NCBI GenBank assembly: GCA_043739185.1
Contig: JAYUEN010000530.1
Location: 1 to 64,000 of the forward strand
DNA from: Bdellovibrionales bacterium
Lineage (GTDB): Bacteria > Bdellovibrionota > Bdellovibrionia > Bdellovibrionales > JAMPXM01
Direction: 5' to 3'
Length of the DNA: 64,000 nucleotides
The notes under the pieces are model-generated. The model was not told the DNA's origin and did no database searches. It saw only the letters and a program-made list of their open reading frames with translations. A program made the translations under genes and the position numbers. Positions 1 to 9,185 of the stretch are shown here, in pieces (the first letter of the stretch is position 1; every line of letters begins with the position of its first letter).

Positions 1-7
1 AGTAATT

Positions 8-97
8 TGGCGGAGGGGGTGAGATTCGAACTCACGGAACCCGCAAAGGTTCGCTAGTTTTCAAGACTAGTGCCTTAAACCACTCGGCCACCCCTCC
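8..97 (-). tRNA. tRNA-Ser(TGA)
   Basis: Reverse complement reads GGAGGGGTGGCCGAGTGGTTTAAGGCACTAGTC-TTGAAAA-CTAGCG...GTTCGAATCTCACCCCCTCCGCCA. It has a cloverleaf, TGA anticodon, long variable arm and encoded CCA. Confidence 0.97.
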
Positions 98-122
98 GCG
101 AGACGGCAAATTTGAAAGTCCT

Positions 123-151
123 AAACTAGTGAATGGACTCGAAACTTTCAA
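123..151 (-). promoter_or_regulatory. sigma70-type promoter for tRNA-Ser
   Basis: TTGAAA-N17-TAGTTT on the minus strand, about 25 nt upstream of the tRNA. Confidence 0.5.
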
Positions 152-246
152 GTCCTTTTCGGGGCGGTGCCTGCAATAAATGAAAACCTGGGCCCCGGCG
201 TGCCCAGTTTCTCGGCAGAGCTTGCCATTAATCCTCAGACTGGCGC

Positions 247-1551
247 TTAGGCTTTTGTAAGGGTGTTTATGCCGCCCATATAGTTTTGCAAAACTTTGGG
301 AATGCGAACTGAGCCGTCTTCTTGCTGATAGTTTTCAACAATTGCAATTAAGGTTCTGCCAATTGCGAGACCCGAACCATTCAAAGTGTGAACAAACTGC
401 GGTTTACCCGCTTTTGATTTAAAGCGAATGTTGGCGCGCCGAGCTTGAAAGTCCTCAAAGTTCGAACAAGAGCTTATCTCTCGAAATGCATTCTGGCCCG
501 GAAGCCAAACGTTTAGATCAAAACATTTAGCCGCACTAAAACTGATATCACCGGTGCACAAGGCAACCCGTTGATATGGCAACTCCAGGCGCTTTAGTAC
601 CTCTTCTGCATTACTGGTTAACTTCTCATGCTCTTCATAAGATCTTTCAGGATGAACGAATTTCATCAGCTCTACTTTATCAAACTGATGCTGGCGAATG
701 AGCCCTCGCGTATCCTTACCATAGCTGCCTGCCTCTGACCGAAAACAAGGAGTATAGGCGCAAAATGCAGTAGGCAAATCGTTCTCATCTAAGATTTCAT
801 CTCTGAAAAAATTAGTAACTGGAACTTCTGCCGTAGGAATTAAATAGTAATCACTATTTTCAACATGAAATACATCTTGTTTAAATTTCGGAAACTGACC
901 CACGCCAAAAAAACTTGCAGAATTGGCAATAAATGGCGGGAGCAATTCAGTATAGCCATGTTCTCGCGTATGAAGGTCTAACATAAAGTTCATGAGGGCG
1001 CGCTCAAGCTGCGCAAAACCAGAACGCAAAAATGCAAAGCGTGCTCCGGTTACCTTGCCGGCGCGATTGAAATCTAACATGCCGAGATTTTCTCCGAGCT
1101 CCCAATGCTCCTTAGCTTTAAATGAAAACTTTGGTGGAGTTCCTGAGGCATGAATCAGTTTATTATCGGCATCTGTAATTCCAACCGGAACGCTGGCGTG
1201 ACACATATTCGGCAAACGCTCGAGGACTTCGCGAACTTTCAGCTCTGCTGCTTCTGACTTCGCTTGAAGGGCCTTGACCTCATCTGCAAGCTTCCCCATT
1301 TCTGTAATTTCTTTGTCTGCGTTTTCTTGCGCGCGTTTTTTCTGCGCGATAATTGGACCGAATTTATTTTGCTCGGCTTTTTTGGTTTCCATTTGGCCGA
1401 TGCCATGTTTGCGCTCACGGTTTAGCTCTAGCAATAGATCAACCTGGCTGGGATCATCTTTACGGTTTTTTAGGCAAGCCTTGTATTCTTCTGCATAGGT
1501 GCGGCCATTGAGATAAGGCGTATCTTTTTCAAGTAGTTTAATGTCGATCAT
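247..1551 (-). CDS. serS: seryl-tRNA synthetase
   Basis: [42 protein letters not shown] and HTLNGSGLA motifs. Confidence 0.98.
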   Translation of the reverse strand: MIDIKLLEKDTPYLNGRTYAEEYKACLKNRKDDPSQVDLLLELNRERKHGIGQMETKKAEQNKFGPIIAQKKRAQENADKEITEMGKLADEVKALQAKSEAAELKVREVLERLPNMCHASVPVGITDADNKLIHASGTPPKFSFKAKEHWELGENLGMLDFNRAGKVTGARFAFLRSGFAQLERALMNFMLDLHTREHGYTELLPPFIANSASFFGVGQFPKFKQDVFHVENSDYYLIPTAEVPVTNFFRDEILDENDLPTAFCAYTPCFRSEAGSYGKDTRGLIRQHQFDKVELMKFVHPERSYEEHEKLTSNAEEVLKRLELPYQRVALCTGDISFSAAKCFDLNVWLPGQNAFREISSCSNFEDFQARRANIRFKSKAGKPQFVHTLNGSGLAIGRTLIAIVENYQQEDGSVRIPKVLQNYMGGINTLTKA

Positions 1552-1557
1552 AAAATT

Positions 1558-1866
1558 TTAGGCTCCGGGGGCTGTCATAATATAAAGTCTCAATACCATT
1601 CCGATCAGAACAAAAATCAAATCAAATATGAGCACTGAAGTGATCGTCCATTTTTTAGCAATCTTCAAAAAACTTAAGAGCACTACAAAAATGACAAATA
1701 AAAAACTCAAGTTGATTTCATTTGCGGGCTTGCCCATTAGTTCTTGAACCACGAGCGAAATCGCAAGTGCCATGACTAAACCTGAAATAAGTTTCACTGC
1801 AAAGGTGAGAAGCTCTTCGGTTGATTTTTTAATTCCGCCATGTACGCGGTTTACGAATTCACTCAT
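1558..1866 (-). CDS. small hypothetical membrane protein (about 3 TM helices)
   Basis: Start moved to ATG 1866, which follows GGAGG. Three hydrophobic segments; co-oriented between the TPR gene and serS. Confidence 0.75.
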   Translation of the reverse strand: MSEFVNRVHGGIKKSTEELLTFAVKLISGLVMALAISLVVQELMGKPANEINLSFLFVIFVVLLSFLKIAKKWTITSVLIFDLIFVLIGMVLRLYIMTAPGA

Positions 1867-1891
1867 TTGACCTCCATAAAAATCTTTCAGC

Positions 1892-4774
1892 TTAAAAGGC
1901 TTCAGGTGCAAGACTGGTCTCGCCTGATTCTATTCTATGCATTTGTGCCTCGATTTGTCTACGATCGCTCGCGCTTGGCAAAAGTGCTAAATAGCGATCG
2001 TAGGCTTTGAGAGCTTCTTCTGCCATTGCCTTGGTTTGATAAATCGCCCCAAGCTCTTTGTAGACATTCGGATTTCCTGATTCCTTAGCTTCCGCTTCTC
2101 GTAACAAAGAGAGGGCGGCATCTAAGGAACCGGATCTACGATTACACCGCGCCATTTTCACATATACCTCAGATCCCTGAGGATTTTTCGAAACCGCCTT
2201 CTGAAACTCACTCGCACAGGTGGTAAATTGCTTTAATGCATAATTTGCCTCGGCCGCTAAAACATAGCCTTCTGAAAGTTCCGGATTGAGTGCTTGTTCA
2301 AATCTAGCATCCTCAAGCGCCTCTTTCGCCCTGCCTAATTGCAAAAGTGCGCGACCCTTTTGAAAGTGCGCCAGCGGGAAGCGTGAGTTTTGACGCAAGA
2401 CCTGCGCGTATTGATTGGCGGCCTCTTCAAATTTGCCAGAATCAAAATAAAGTTGGCCTGCCAAAAAAATCGGATTGGCATCGTTGGGATCTTTCACGCC
2501 GGCTAAAAAGAATTGCTCAAGCGCTTCATTGCTTCGATTCAAAAAACGCAAGACCCTTCCTAAATTGATGATCGCAATTTTATTTTCTTGTTCGAGAGAA
2601 ATAATTTGCCGCAGAATTTCTTCTGCCTGCTGATAGTTTTCATTTTGAATATACACTTCAGCTAAAGCCATGCGGTACTTATTTTGTTTTGGGTAATTTG
2701 TTATTAAATCATTGAGATAGTTCGCTCCCGCCGTCGCTCCCTCTAATCCCACCAAAACCTTAGCATAGAGACTTTGCGCCTCGGCATTGGTCGTATCCAC
2801 TTCAATGGCTCGCCCAATGATATTTTTAGCTTCATTGAATTTGCCTAAACCAATTTTAGCTTGCGCCATAATGAGGAATGTCTCGGAGTCGGCATCATAG
2901 ATTTTGAGCGCCTTTTCCGCAAAGGCTTCGGCCGCTTTAAAATCATTTCTACGCACTTCAACTTGCGCAAAGCCACGCATAATTTCATAGCGCTTTGGCA
3001 TCGTTGCGTATGCAGATTGCAAAACTTTGGCGGCCGAATCAAAATCATAGCGCTGGCCAAAAAAATCCGCGAGGATCACATAGGCCTCTACAAGTTTTGG
3101 ATCTGCCTGAATGGCCTTTTGGGCCCATGCAATTGCCTCGGTTGACTGATTGAGTTGCCACAAGGCCTGGCTTGCCTTTAACGCCGCCACTCCAAGCTTT
3201 TTATCTTTTTCATAAGCGATTTTGCATTCGGCTTGTGCGGAAATATAATCGCCGGATCTTAAAAATTGCTCACAGGTAAAAATTAGCTCCGCCGAATTGA
3301 CTTTGACTTGTTGAAATTCGCGCATTCCGGCCCACTCGATCAAGCGTGTGCGGGCCTCCATATTACTCGGATTGATTGCATATGCTTTTTTTGCAAAATC
3401 AATGGCGCTTTGTTTTTTTCCTTTTTGCATATCGATATTGGCAAGGCCCATAAGTCCCTTTGATTGCACAGAATTCGGGACCTGCTCAATTCCGTCCTCG
3501 GCCGAATGAATGAGTTCGGCGGCCCGATCGAGATGCTGAAAAAGACTCAACTCGAGAAGCCCCATTTCAATTTTTGCGACGCCATGATTGCGAACGCTCG
3601 CAAGAACACGTCGGTAATATTCAAGCGCTTGCGGATATTGGCTTTTCTGAGACAAACACCTGGCCAGCTCAATATAAGTCTTTTGCCACGCGGGCCAAAG
3701 GGCTGCGGCCTTTTCGAAATAGGGAATGGCCGTGGTATAGTCTTTACTTAAAAGCAAAAGCTCGCCTTTGATATCGTAAAGAATTGCCGTGCCCGGCTGA
3801 AGTTGCAGCCAACTTTCGGTGAGGTGTTGGGCTTGGTCGGCGCGGTCATTCAAGAGATTGTTAACTATCTCACATACCGCTCCATCAAGACTTGAGATAT
3901 CTAGCTTTTTGGCATCACGGACAATTTTTGCAATTGCAGCCAAATCTTGAGAGTCTTGAAAAGCATAGGGCCAGAGCTCGCGATAGGTCAGACAAAGGAG
4001 CTGCATGGCATTTATATTTCTAGGAGAGGCCTCGATACTTTGGACTAAATCATTTTCAGCAGCTAAATAGCCCGTATAAGTGTCTTTTTGAAAGTTGGCC
4101 ACACTTCTCTTAATTAGCTCGATACTCTTTTGCTCAGTAACTTGGGTCGTCGTTGCGCGCGGTGAAATGAGGTGAATTTTACCGCCGCGAATAGGTTGTG
4201 GCTTCATTACGATTGCTGCAAACATCACGAGGGTAGCGACAACCACAATGAAAATCGGCAGGCGAAAGCTATTGCTCTTTTCTCTTTTTATATGGTCACC
4301 AATGTTTTTAAGTTCGATGACGGGCTCGCTTTCGCCCGAAGATTTTCGTCTGCTACTTCTTTTTTCTGTGCCTTTGGTTTTTTCTTTTTTTGGGCCAAGA
4401 CTTTTAGTGCTAAAGCTTTTGGACTTTTGATTGCTTGGCTCTTCAAGCTCCAAAGATCCAGAGTCTTCTTTTTCAAAGACGGCTCGTCCGATGGGTTCAG
4501 GTTCTTGAACTCCGGGTTTGGTTTCCTCATCTATGCTCGCATTTTGAAGACGTGTTCTTTGGGTTTTATGATCGTTTGAGAGGGACTCTAAAAGCTTATC
4601 GTAAAACTCAGGACGAGAAGACATCTTCGACCATTCACCCCCTGGGTAAGTCGCAACCATCTCTTCGCCTGAGTAGTAAGAGTTTTCAATTTGACGAATG
4701 AGTTTTTCATAGGTGAAGGGGCCCCAAATTTTTCCCTCTGCATCTTGGACAATCCACTTTTGCAATTCGCTCAT
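1892..4774 (-). CDS. GYF_2 (DUF4339)-like domain + single TM + long TPR-repeat protein
   Basis: N-terminal WIVQDAEGKIWGPFT...W motif, charged linker, TM (LPIFIVVVATLVMFAAIVM), then about 750 aa of TPR-like repeats. Confidence 0.85.
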   Translation of the reverse strand: MSELQKWIVQDAEGKIWGPFTYEKLIRQIENSYYSGEEMVATYPGGEWSKMSSRPEFYDKLLESLSNDHKTQRTRLQNASIDEETKPGVQEPEPIGRAVFEKEDSGSLELEEPSNQKSKSFSTKSLGPKKEKTKGTEKRSSRRKSSGESEPVIELKNIGDHIKREKSNSFRLPIFIVVVATLVMFAAIVMKPQPIRGGKIHLISPRATTTQVTEQKSIELIKRSVANFQKDTYTGYLAAENDLVQSIEASPRNINAMQLLCLTYRELWPYAFQDSQDLAAIAKIVRDAKKLDISSLDGAVCEIVNNLLNDRADQAQHLTESWLQLQPGTAILYDIKGELLLLSKDYTTAIPYFEKAAALWPAWQKTYIELARCLSQKSQYPQALEYYRRVLASVRNHGVAKIEMGLLELSLFQHLDRAAELIHSAEDGIEQVPNSVQSKGLMGLANIDMQKGKKQSAIDFAKKAYAINPSNMEARTRLIEWAGMREFQQVKVNSAELIFTCEQFLRSGDYISAQAECKIAYEKDKKLGVAALKASQALWQLNQSTEAIAWAQKAIQADPKLVEAYVILADFFGQRYDFDSAAKVLQSAYATMPKRYEIMRGFAQVEVRRNDFKAAEAFAEKALKIYDADSETFLIMAQAKIGLGKFNEAKNIIGRAIEVDTTNAEAQSLYAKVLVGLEGATAGANYLNDLITNYPKQNKYRMALAEVYIQNENYQQAEEILRQIISLEQENKIAIINLGRVLRFLNRSNEALEQFFLAGVKDPNDANPIFLAGQLYFDSGKFEEAANQYAQVLRQNSRFPLAHFQKGRALLQLGRAKEALEDARFEQALNPELSEGYVLAAEANYALKQFTTCASEFQKAVSKNPQGSEVYVKMARCNRRSGSLDAALSLLREAEAKESGNPNVYKELGAIYQTKAMAEEALKAYDRYLALLPSASDRRQIEAQMHRIESGETSLAPEAF

Positions 4775-5123
4775 TTGGATATTGTAACTAAAGTTCTCTG
4801 GTTTGTGTGGTCCAAGTCTTTAGCAATATACATTCGTGCACCGGTTCCAATTTGAAACCTGTCCCATTATGGCCCTTGCTTTTTTACTTAGTTTTGCGAG
4901 CTTTAAGTGTGAGTTTTCAAACCCAGCCGAGTATTTTAAATTTGGCTTTCTCGACCATGGTCTCTAGAAATTCAAACTTACCAAAGCTAAAATGAATTTT
5001 ACCGACACTAGCGCTGCGTCTAATCTTGCTATTGTTTTCTTCCGCCTCTGCCTTTGTCTGGCTTTTCAATTTCCTCATTCGCTTTCAAGTTCGGCAAAAG
5101 CCATAAAAGAAGCGGCACAGACC

Positions 5124-5140
5124 TTGGCATAGCGCTTGCT
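5124..5140 (+). promoter_or_regulatory. sigma54 (-24/-12) promoter
   Basis: TTGGCATAGCGCTTGCT matches TGGCAY-N5-TTGCW exactly. Confidence 0.75.
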
Positions 5141-5189
5141 TTAGAGTCAGGTGTCAGGTGTCAGTCGTAACTCGAACGGGAGAGACTTT

Positions 5190-5417
5190 TTGATCAGATA
5201 CTTAATCGCCATCTATATCCTTGCCGTACTTTTGGTTTCAGGGATGGCAAAAACAGATCTTGGCAAAAAGTATTTTCAGATCGAGAAAAGTTATATTGAA
5301 AATGTTTTTGAAATTGAAAAATTAAAAAGTGCTGCGAACAAGATGTTGGTAGCGCAGATTATAGAAACTAGGGTTGCTCTCCCCCCAAATTTGAGCAGCC
5401 TTGGTTTCGAAACTTAA
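5190..5417 (+). CDS. small hypothetical protein with N-terminal TM/signal segment (75 aa)
   Basis: TTG at 5190 follows GGGAGAG (5178-5184). Hydrophobic N-terminus IRYLIAIYILAVLLVSGMA. The track start at 5151 coincides with the predicted TSS. Confidence 0.65.
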   Translation: MIRYLIAIYILAVLLVSGMAKTDLGKKYFQIEKSYIENVFEIEKLKSAANKMLVAQIIETRVALPPNLSSLGFET

Positions 5418-5496
5418 AAGCTTAATCCCACCCCCTCCGGGAGAGAGCTTTGTTTAAACCCTAGAACCACCCCCTCCGGTACTAGGGTTTTTTTTT
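5417..5496 (+). ncRNA. candidate structured 3'UTR/sRNA: two hairpins with identical ACCCCCUCC loops, the second acting as an intrinsic terminator
   Basis: Hairpin 1 spans 5417-5451 (loop 5430-5438). Hairpin 2 spans 5456-5490 (loop 5469-5477) and runs into T9 (5488-5496). The 13-mer CCACCCCCTCCGG occurs at 5428 and 5467. Confidence 0.55.
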
Positions 5497-5505
5497 GCCT
5501 TTTTC

Positions 5506-6762
5506 TTATTTGATTCTCTGAATATCCGCGCCCAAACTTTTTAACTTCTCCTCGAGCCTTTCATAGCCACGGTCGAGATGATAAATGCGGCTGACGATGG
5601 TTTCACCCTTGGCGGCTAAGCCTGCCAATACGAGCGAAGCGCTGGCTCTAAGGTCTGTCGCCATAAGTGGCGCCCCTTGCAGCCCACCTGGCTTACCCTG
5701 AATAATTGCAATGCGAAGATTCGTGGTGACCTCGGCCCCAAGTCGGACCAATTCATTTACATGCATAAATCGATTTTCAAAAATAGTTTCGGTTATAGTG
5801 CTCGTTCCCATCGCCAGAAGCATGAGAGACATAAACTGAGCTTGCAGATCAGTTGCAAAACCCGGGTACGGTGCCGTGGTAATGTCGACGCTCTTCCAGT
5901 CACCAGATTTGGCTTCAATTGAAACTGAATTTTGATTCGAATTTATTTTGAATCCGGACTCTCGAAGTTTAAATATAAGTGCGTCGATATGTTCAGGAAT
6001 GCAGTCTGTAACCGAAATGGCGCCGCCGGTAATCGCTCCGGCTATTAACAAAGTTCCGGCCTCTATTCGGTCGGCTATTACTTTATGTTCGGCAGGAAAC
6101 AACTTGTCGACGCCTATAATTTTTATTTTAGCAGAGCCTGCCCCTGAAATCTTGGCGCCCATTTTATTTAGGTAGTTTGCCAAATCTTCGATCTCGGGTT
6201 CTTTTGCCGCATTATCTATTGTTGTCGTACCGCTCGCCAGAGTCGCAGCCATCATGATGTTTTCGGTTGCACCAACACTTGCAAACGGAAGTAGAATTTC
6301 GGCTCCAACGAGTCGGCTCGCTTTTGCGACCACATATCCTTCTTTTAGATCGATGCTCGCGCCAAGAGATTTAAGTCCCTCAAGATGAAGATTGATTGGC
6401 CTAGAGCCAATCGCACAACCTCCCGGTAGGCTAACATGTGCTTCACCATATTTTGTTAGTAGCGGCCCTAAACACAAAATGCTCGCCCGCATTTTTCGAA
6501 CGACGTCGTAATGGGCTTCAAAGGAGTGTGGGCGCTTGCTATTGACGCGAACATTTTGACCTTGCCTTACAACTTCACTTCCCATCGATTGCAATAGTGA
6601 AATTGTTGACTCAATATCTTTGAGTTCTGGAACATTATGAAAGCTATGCTCGCCTTCAGCTAAAATCGTTGCAAACAAAAGCTTAAGGGCTGAATTCTTT
6701 GCTCCACTGACTTTCACAGTTCCGTGAAGTTTGCGGCCGCCTCGAATTAGAATGCGATCCAT
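5506..6762 (-). CDS. murA: UDP-N-acetylglucosamine 1-carboxyvinyltransferase
   Basis: SGAKN, LPGGCAIGSRP (catalytic Cys), ATDLRASA and HLDRGYE motifs. Confidence 0.98.
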   Translation of the reverse strand: MDRILIRGGRKLHGTVKVSGAKNSALKLLFATILAEGEHSFHNVPELKDIESTISLLQSMGSEVVRQGQNVRVNSKRPHSFEAHYDVVRKMRASILCLGPLLTKYGEAHVSLPGGCAIGSRPINLHLEGLKSLGASIDLKEGYVVAKASRLVGAEILLPFASVGATENIMMAATLASGTTTIDNAAKEPEIEDLANYLNKMGAKISGAGSAKIKIIGVDKLFPAEHKVIADRIEAGTLLIAGAITGGAISVTDCIPEHIDALIFKLRESGFKINSNQNSVSIEAKSGDWKSVDITTAPYPGFATDLQAQFMSLMLLAMGTSTITETIFENRFMHVNELVRLGAEVTTNLRIAIIQGKPGGLQGAPLMATDLRASASLVLAGLAAKGETIVSRIYHLDRGYERLEEKLKSLGADIQRIK

Positions 6763-6765
6763 ATT

Positions 6766-7620
6766 TTAGCTCTTTTCTGCAAATACAAAACGATCTAATC
6801 CCGCCAAATCTTTTTCTGATCTAATTAAAACAAATTGCCCGGTATCAGCAAAGATCTTTTTTGCCTTTTGGGCTTGAGTCGCGCCAATTTCAAATGCTAC
6901 GAGTCCCCCTGGCCGCAAAATTCGCGCTGCGACCTGGGCCCAGTCCGCAATTTCTTTGTAACCCTCGTCTTCAGCAAAAAGTGCTTCATGCGGTTCAAAC
7001 TTCTTCACATCCTCCTGAATGTTTGAATCTTCTTTCGCTATATAGGGTGGATTTGCTACCACCACGTCAAATGGCTTTTCGCCAAAATCGAAGTCTTGAA
7101 TTCGAGCCTTAATAAATTCAAAATTTTTCAATTCAAGTTTCATCCCATTTTCACGGGAATTTTCAATGGCGAGCTCAGAGGCATCCACACCAACTAAGCG
7201 TCCCTGATCTGACATTTCTTTGAGTATACTCAAGCCGACGCAACCACTACCGGAACCAAAGTCAGCAATATATGGTGCAGATAAAGAGTTTCTCTGAATC
7301 CAAGCAAGTGCTTCTTCAACCAAGCCTTCAGTCTCTGGACGAGGAACAAGGACGCCTTTTTTGACCTTAAAGCTTTCTTTGAAAAAATCTTTTTTCTCTA
7401 AGATATAGGCCACCGGCTCTTGTTGTGCGCGTCTGCGAACATGGTCCCGACATTTTTGAATTTCAGTTTCGGTTAATGGATATTCAAACTTAATATACAA
7501 ATCAATGCGCTTAAGATTCAAAGCGTCTGCAATTAAAAGCTCCGCATCTAATCTCGCCGTTTCGATTTTTTTTTCTTTAAAAAAACTTGTGGTTTTCTGC
7601 AGAATCTCACCAAGTAACAT
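6766..7620 (-). CDS. prmC: release factor glutamine methyltransferase
   Basis: LVPRPETE, DFGSGSG and NPPY motifs; directly downstream of prfA. Confidence 0.96.
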   Translation of the reverse strand: MLLGEILQKTTSFFKEKKIETARLDAELLIADALNLKRIDLYIKFEYPLTETEIQKCRDHVRRRAQQEPVAYILEKKDFFKESFKVKKGVLVPRPETEGLVEEALAWIQRNSLSAPYIADFGSGSGCVGLSILKEMSDQGRLVGVDASELAIENSRENGMKLELKNFEFIKARIQDFDFGEKPFDVVVANPPYIAKEDSNIQEDVKKFEPHEALFAEDEGYKEIADWAQVAARILRPGGLVAFEIGATQAQKAKKIFADTGQFVLIRSEKDLAGLDRFVFAEKS

Positions 7621-7632
7621 GGCAAAACTCCT

Positions 7633-8706
7633 TTAAGAATCTTTTTGTTGTTTGAGTTGCTCAGCTTGAAAGTGAGCAATGAGAGGGTCGATTAGGTTTT
7701 CAAATTCTCCGCCCATTACTTGATCGAGCTGGTGAATCGTTAGTCCAATTCGATGGTCGGTAATTCGAGACTGCGGAAAATTATAGGTTCGTATTCTCTC
7801 TGAACGATCGCCGGTTCCTATTTGTGAGAGCCGCGCATCCGAAGCATTCTTAATGGCTTTTTCTTGCTCAACCGCCAACATACGAGCGTAAAGAATTTTA
7901 AGCGCTTGAGATTTATTTTTGATTTGTGACTTTTCATTTTGGCACTGAACCACTGTTCCCGTTGGAATATGTGTAATGCGCACGGCTGAGTCTGTAGTAT
8001 TAACCGACTGACCACCGGCACCTTGGCTTCTAAAAACATCTATCCGCAAATCACTAGGATTGATTTGCACATCGACATCATCGGCCTCAGGCAATACTGC
8101 AACTGTCACTGTTGAAGTATGAATTCTACCTTGGGTTTCAGTCTTAGGCACTCTTTGAACGCGATGTACGCCGCTTTCATATTTCAAACGACTGTAAACA
8201 CGATCGCCAGTTATCGTGGCGCAAACTTCTTTGTAGCCGCCGGCATTGCCATCACTTGTTGAAAGCAATTCGTACTTCCAGCCCATGGTATTTGCATAGT
8301 GACAGTAGGCACGAAAAAGTTGGTCAGCAAAAAGCGAGGCTTCATCACCGCCAGCACCAGCACGAATTTCGAGTACAATGTTTTTTTCGTCGTTCGGATC
8401 TTTAGGCAAAAGCGTCAGCTTGAGCTGCTCTTCAATTTCAGCACTTTCACTTTCGAGGCGTGGCATTTCTTCTTTTGCGAGTTGCCTAAAGTCTTCGTCT
8501 TTCTCTTTTTCGAGAATCTGTCGGTTGTCTTTGATTTCAGTTTGAAGCTTGCGGTATTTTCGATAGAGCGGCACAACCTTCTCGAGGTCGGCAACTTCTT
8601 TCATTAAGCCGCGATAACGTTTTTGATCTTGAGTGACCGAAGGATCTTGTAGTTGAAGATGAATCTGCTCGTAACGAGATTCAACTTCATCGAGTTTTTT
8701 AAACAT
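7633..8706 (-). CDS. prfA: peptide chain release factor 1
   Basis: GGQ motif and the RF1-type PxT motif (VPKTE). Confidence 0.98.
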   Translation of the reverse strand: MFKKLDEVESRYEQIHLQLQDPSVTQDQKRYRGLMKEVADLEKVVPLYRKYRKLQTEIKDNRQILEKEKDEDFRQLAKEEMPRLESESAEIEEQLKLTLLPKDPNDEKNIVLEIRAGAGGDEASLFADQLFRAYCHYANTMGWKYELLSTSDGNAGGYKEVCATITGDRVYSRLKYESGVHRVQRVPKTETQGRIHTSTVTVAVLPEADDVDVQINPSDLRIDVFRSQGAGGQSVNTTDSAVRITHIPTGTVVQCQNEKSQIKNKSQALKILYARMLAVEQEKAIKNASDARLSQIGTGDRSERIRTYNFPQSRITDHRIGLTIHQLDQVMGGEFENLIDPLIAHFQAEQLKQQKDS

Positions 8707-8718
8707 GAGATCGCTAAA

Positions 8719-8937
8719 TTATTTAGCTTTTGCTGGAACCGCCGCGTATTTTTTGCGGAAGCGATCAATACGCCCTTCGGTATCCATTAGCTTTTGCTTG
8801 CCTGTATAAAACGGATGACAGTTTGAGCAAATATCAACACGCACTTCTTTTTGAGTAGAGCCTGTTTTAAATGTATGTCCGCAAACGCAAGTGACAGCAG
8901 AATCAAGGTAATAGGTTGGGTGAATTTTTTCTTTCAT
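8719..8937 (-). CDS. rpmE: 50S ribosomal protein L31 (Zn-binding type)
   Basis: MKEKIHPTY...CVCG...[12 protein letters not shown]. Start moved to ATG 8937 after GGAGAG. Confidence 0.97.
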   Translation of the reverse strand: MKEKIHPTYYLDSAVTCVCGHTFKTGSTQKEVRVDICSNCHPFYTGKQKLMDTEGRIDRFRKKYAAVPAKAK

Positions 8938-9080
8938 GGCTCTCTCCAGTATTTTAGTCCGTAAGGGTGGCAACCTAGCACGGCTTTCGCGAAAAAGTCG
9001 AGCAGCAATTTAACGGAATGCATTGTTTTTGTGCGATGTTTTTAGCCTAGACCTTCAGCAAAATCAGACAACTCGAGGTT

Positions 9081-9101
9081 TTATTCACAAAGTTATCCAC
9101 A
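9081..9101 (+). promoter_or_regulatory. tandem DnaA boxes
   Basis: TTATTCACA (9081-9089) and perfect TTATCCACA (9093-9101), 3 nt apart, in the rho-rpmE intergenic region. Confidence 0.55.
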
Positions 9102-9185
9102 CTTGGTTTTTCTAGATTCTTTTTTGGGGGCTTTTTAGGCTCCCCTAGGCAAACAAATTATTTCTTAATGATACTAGCCAGTTAG

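Noticed and set aside
5428..5479. 13-bp direct repeat as a mini CRISPR array
   Set aside because: Only two short copies, each forming a hairpin loop, and no cas genes in the window.
7633..8706. Programmed frameshift in the release factor
   Set aside because: It is RF1 (PxT motif) with a continuous ORF.
9081..9101. DnaA-box pair as oriC
   Set aside because: Only two boxes. mnmE-mnmG-parAB at the right end and the minus-strand gene bias point to an origin beyond position 64000.
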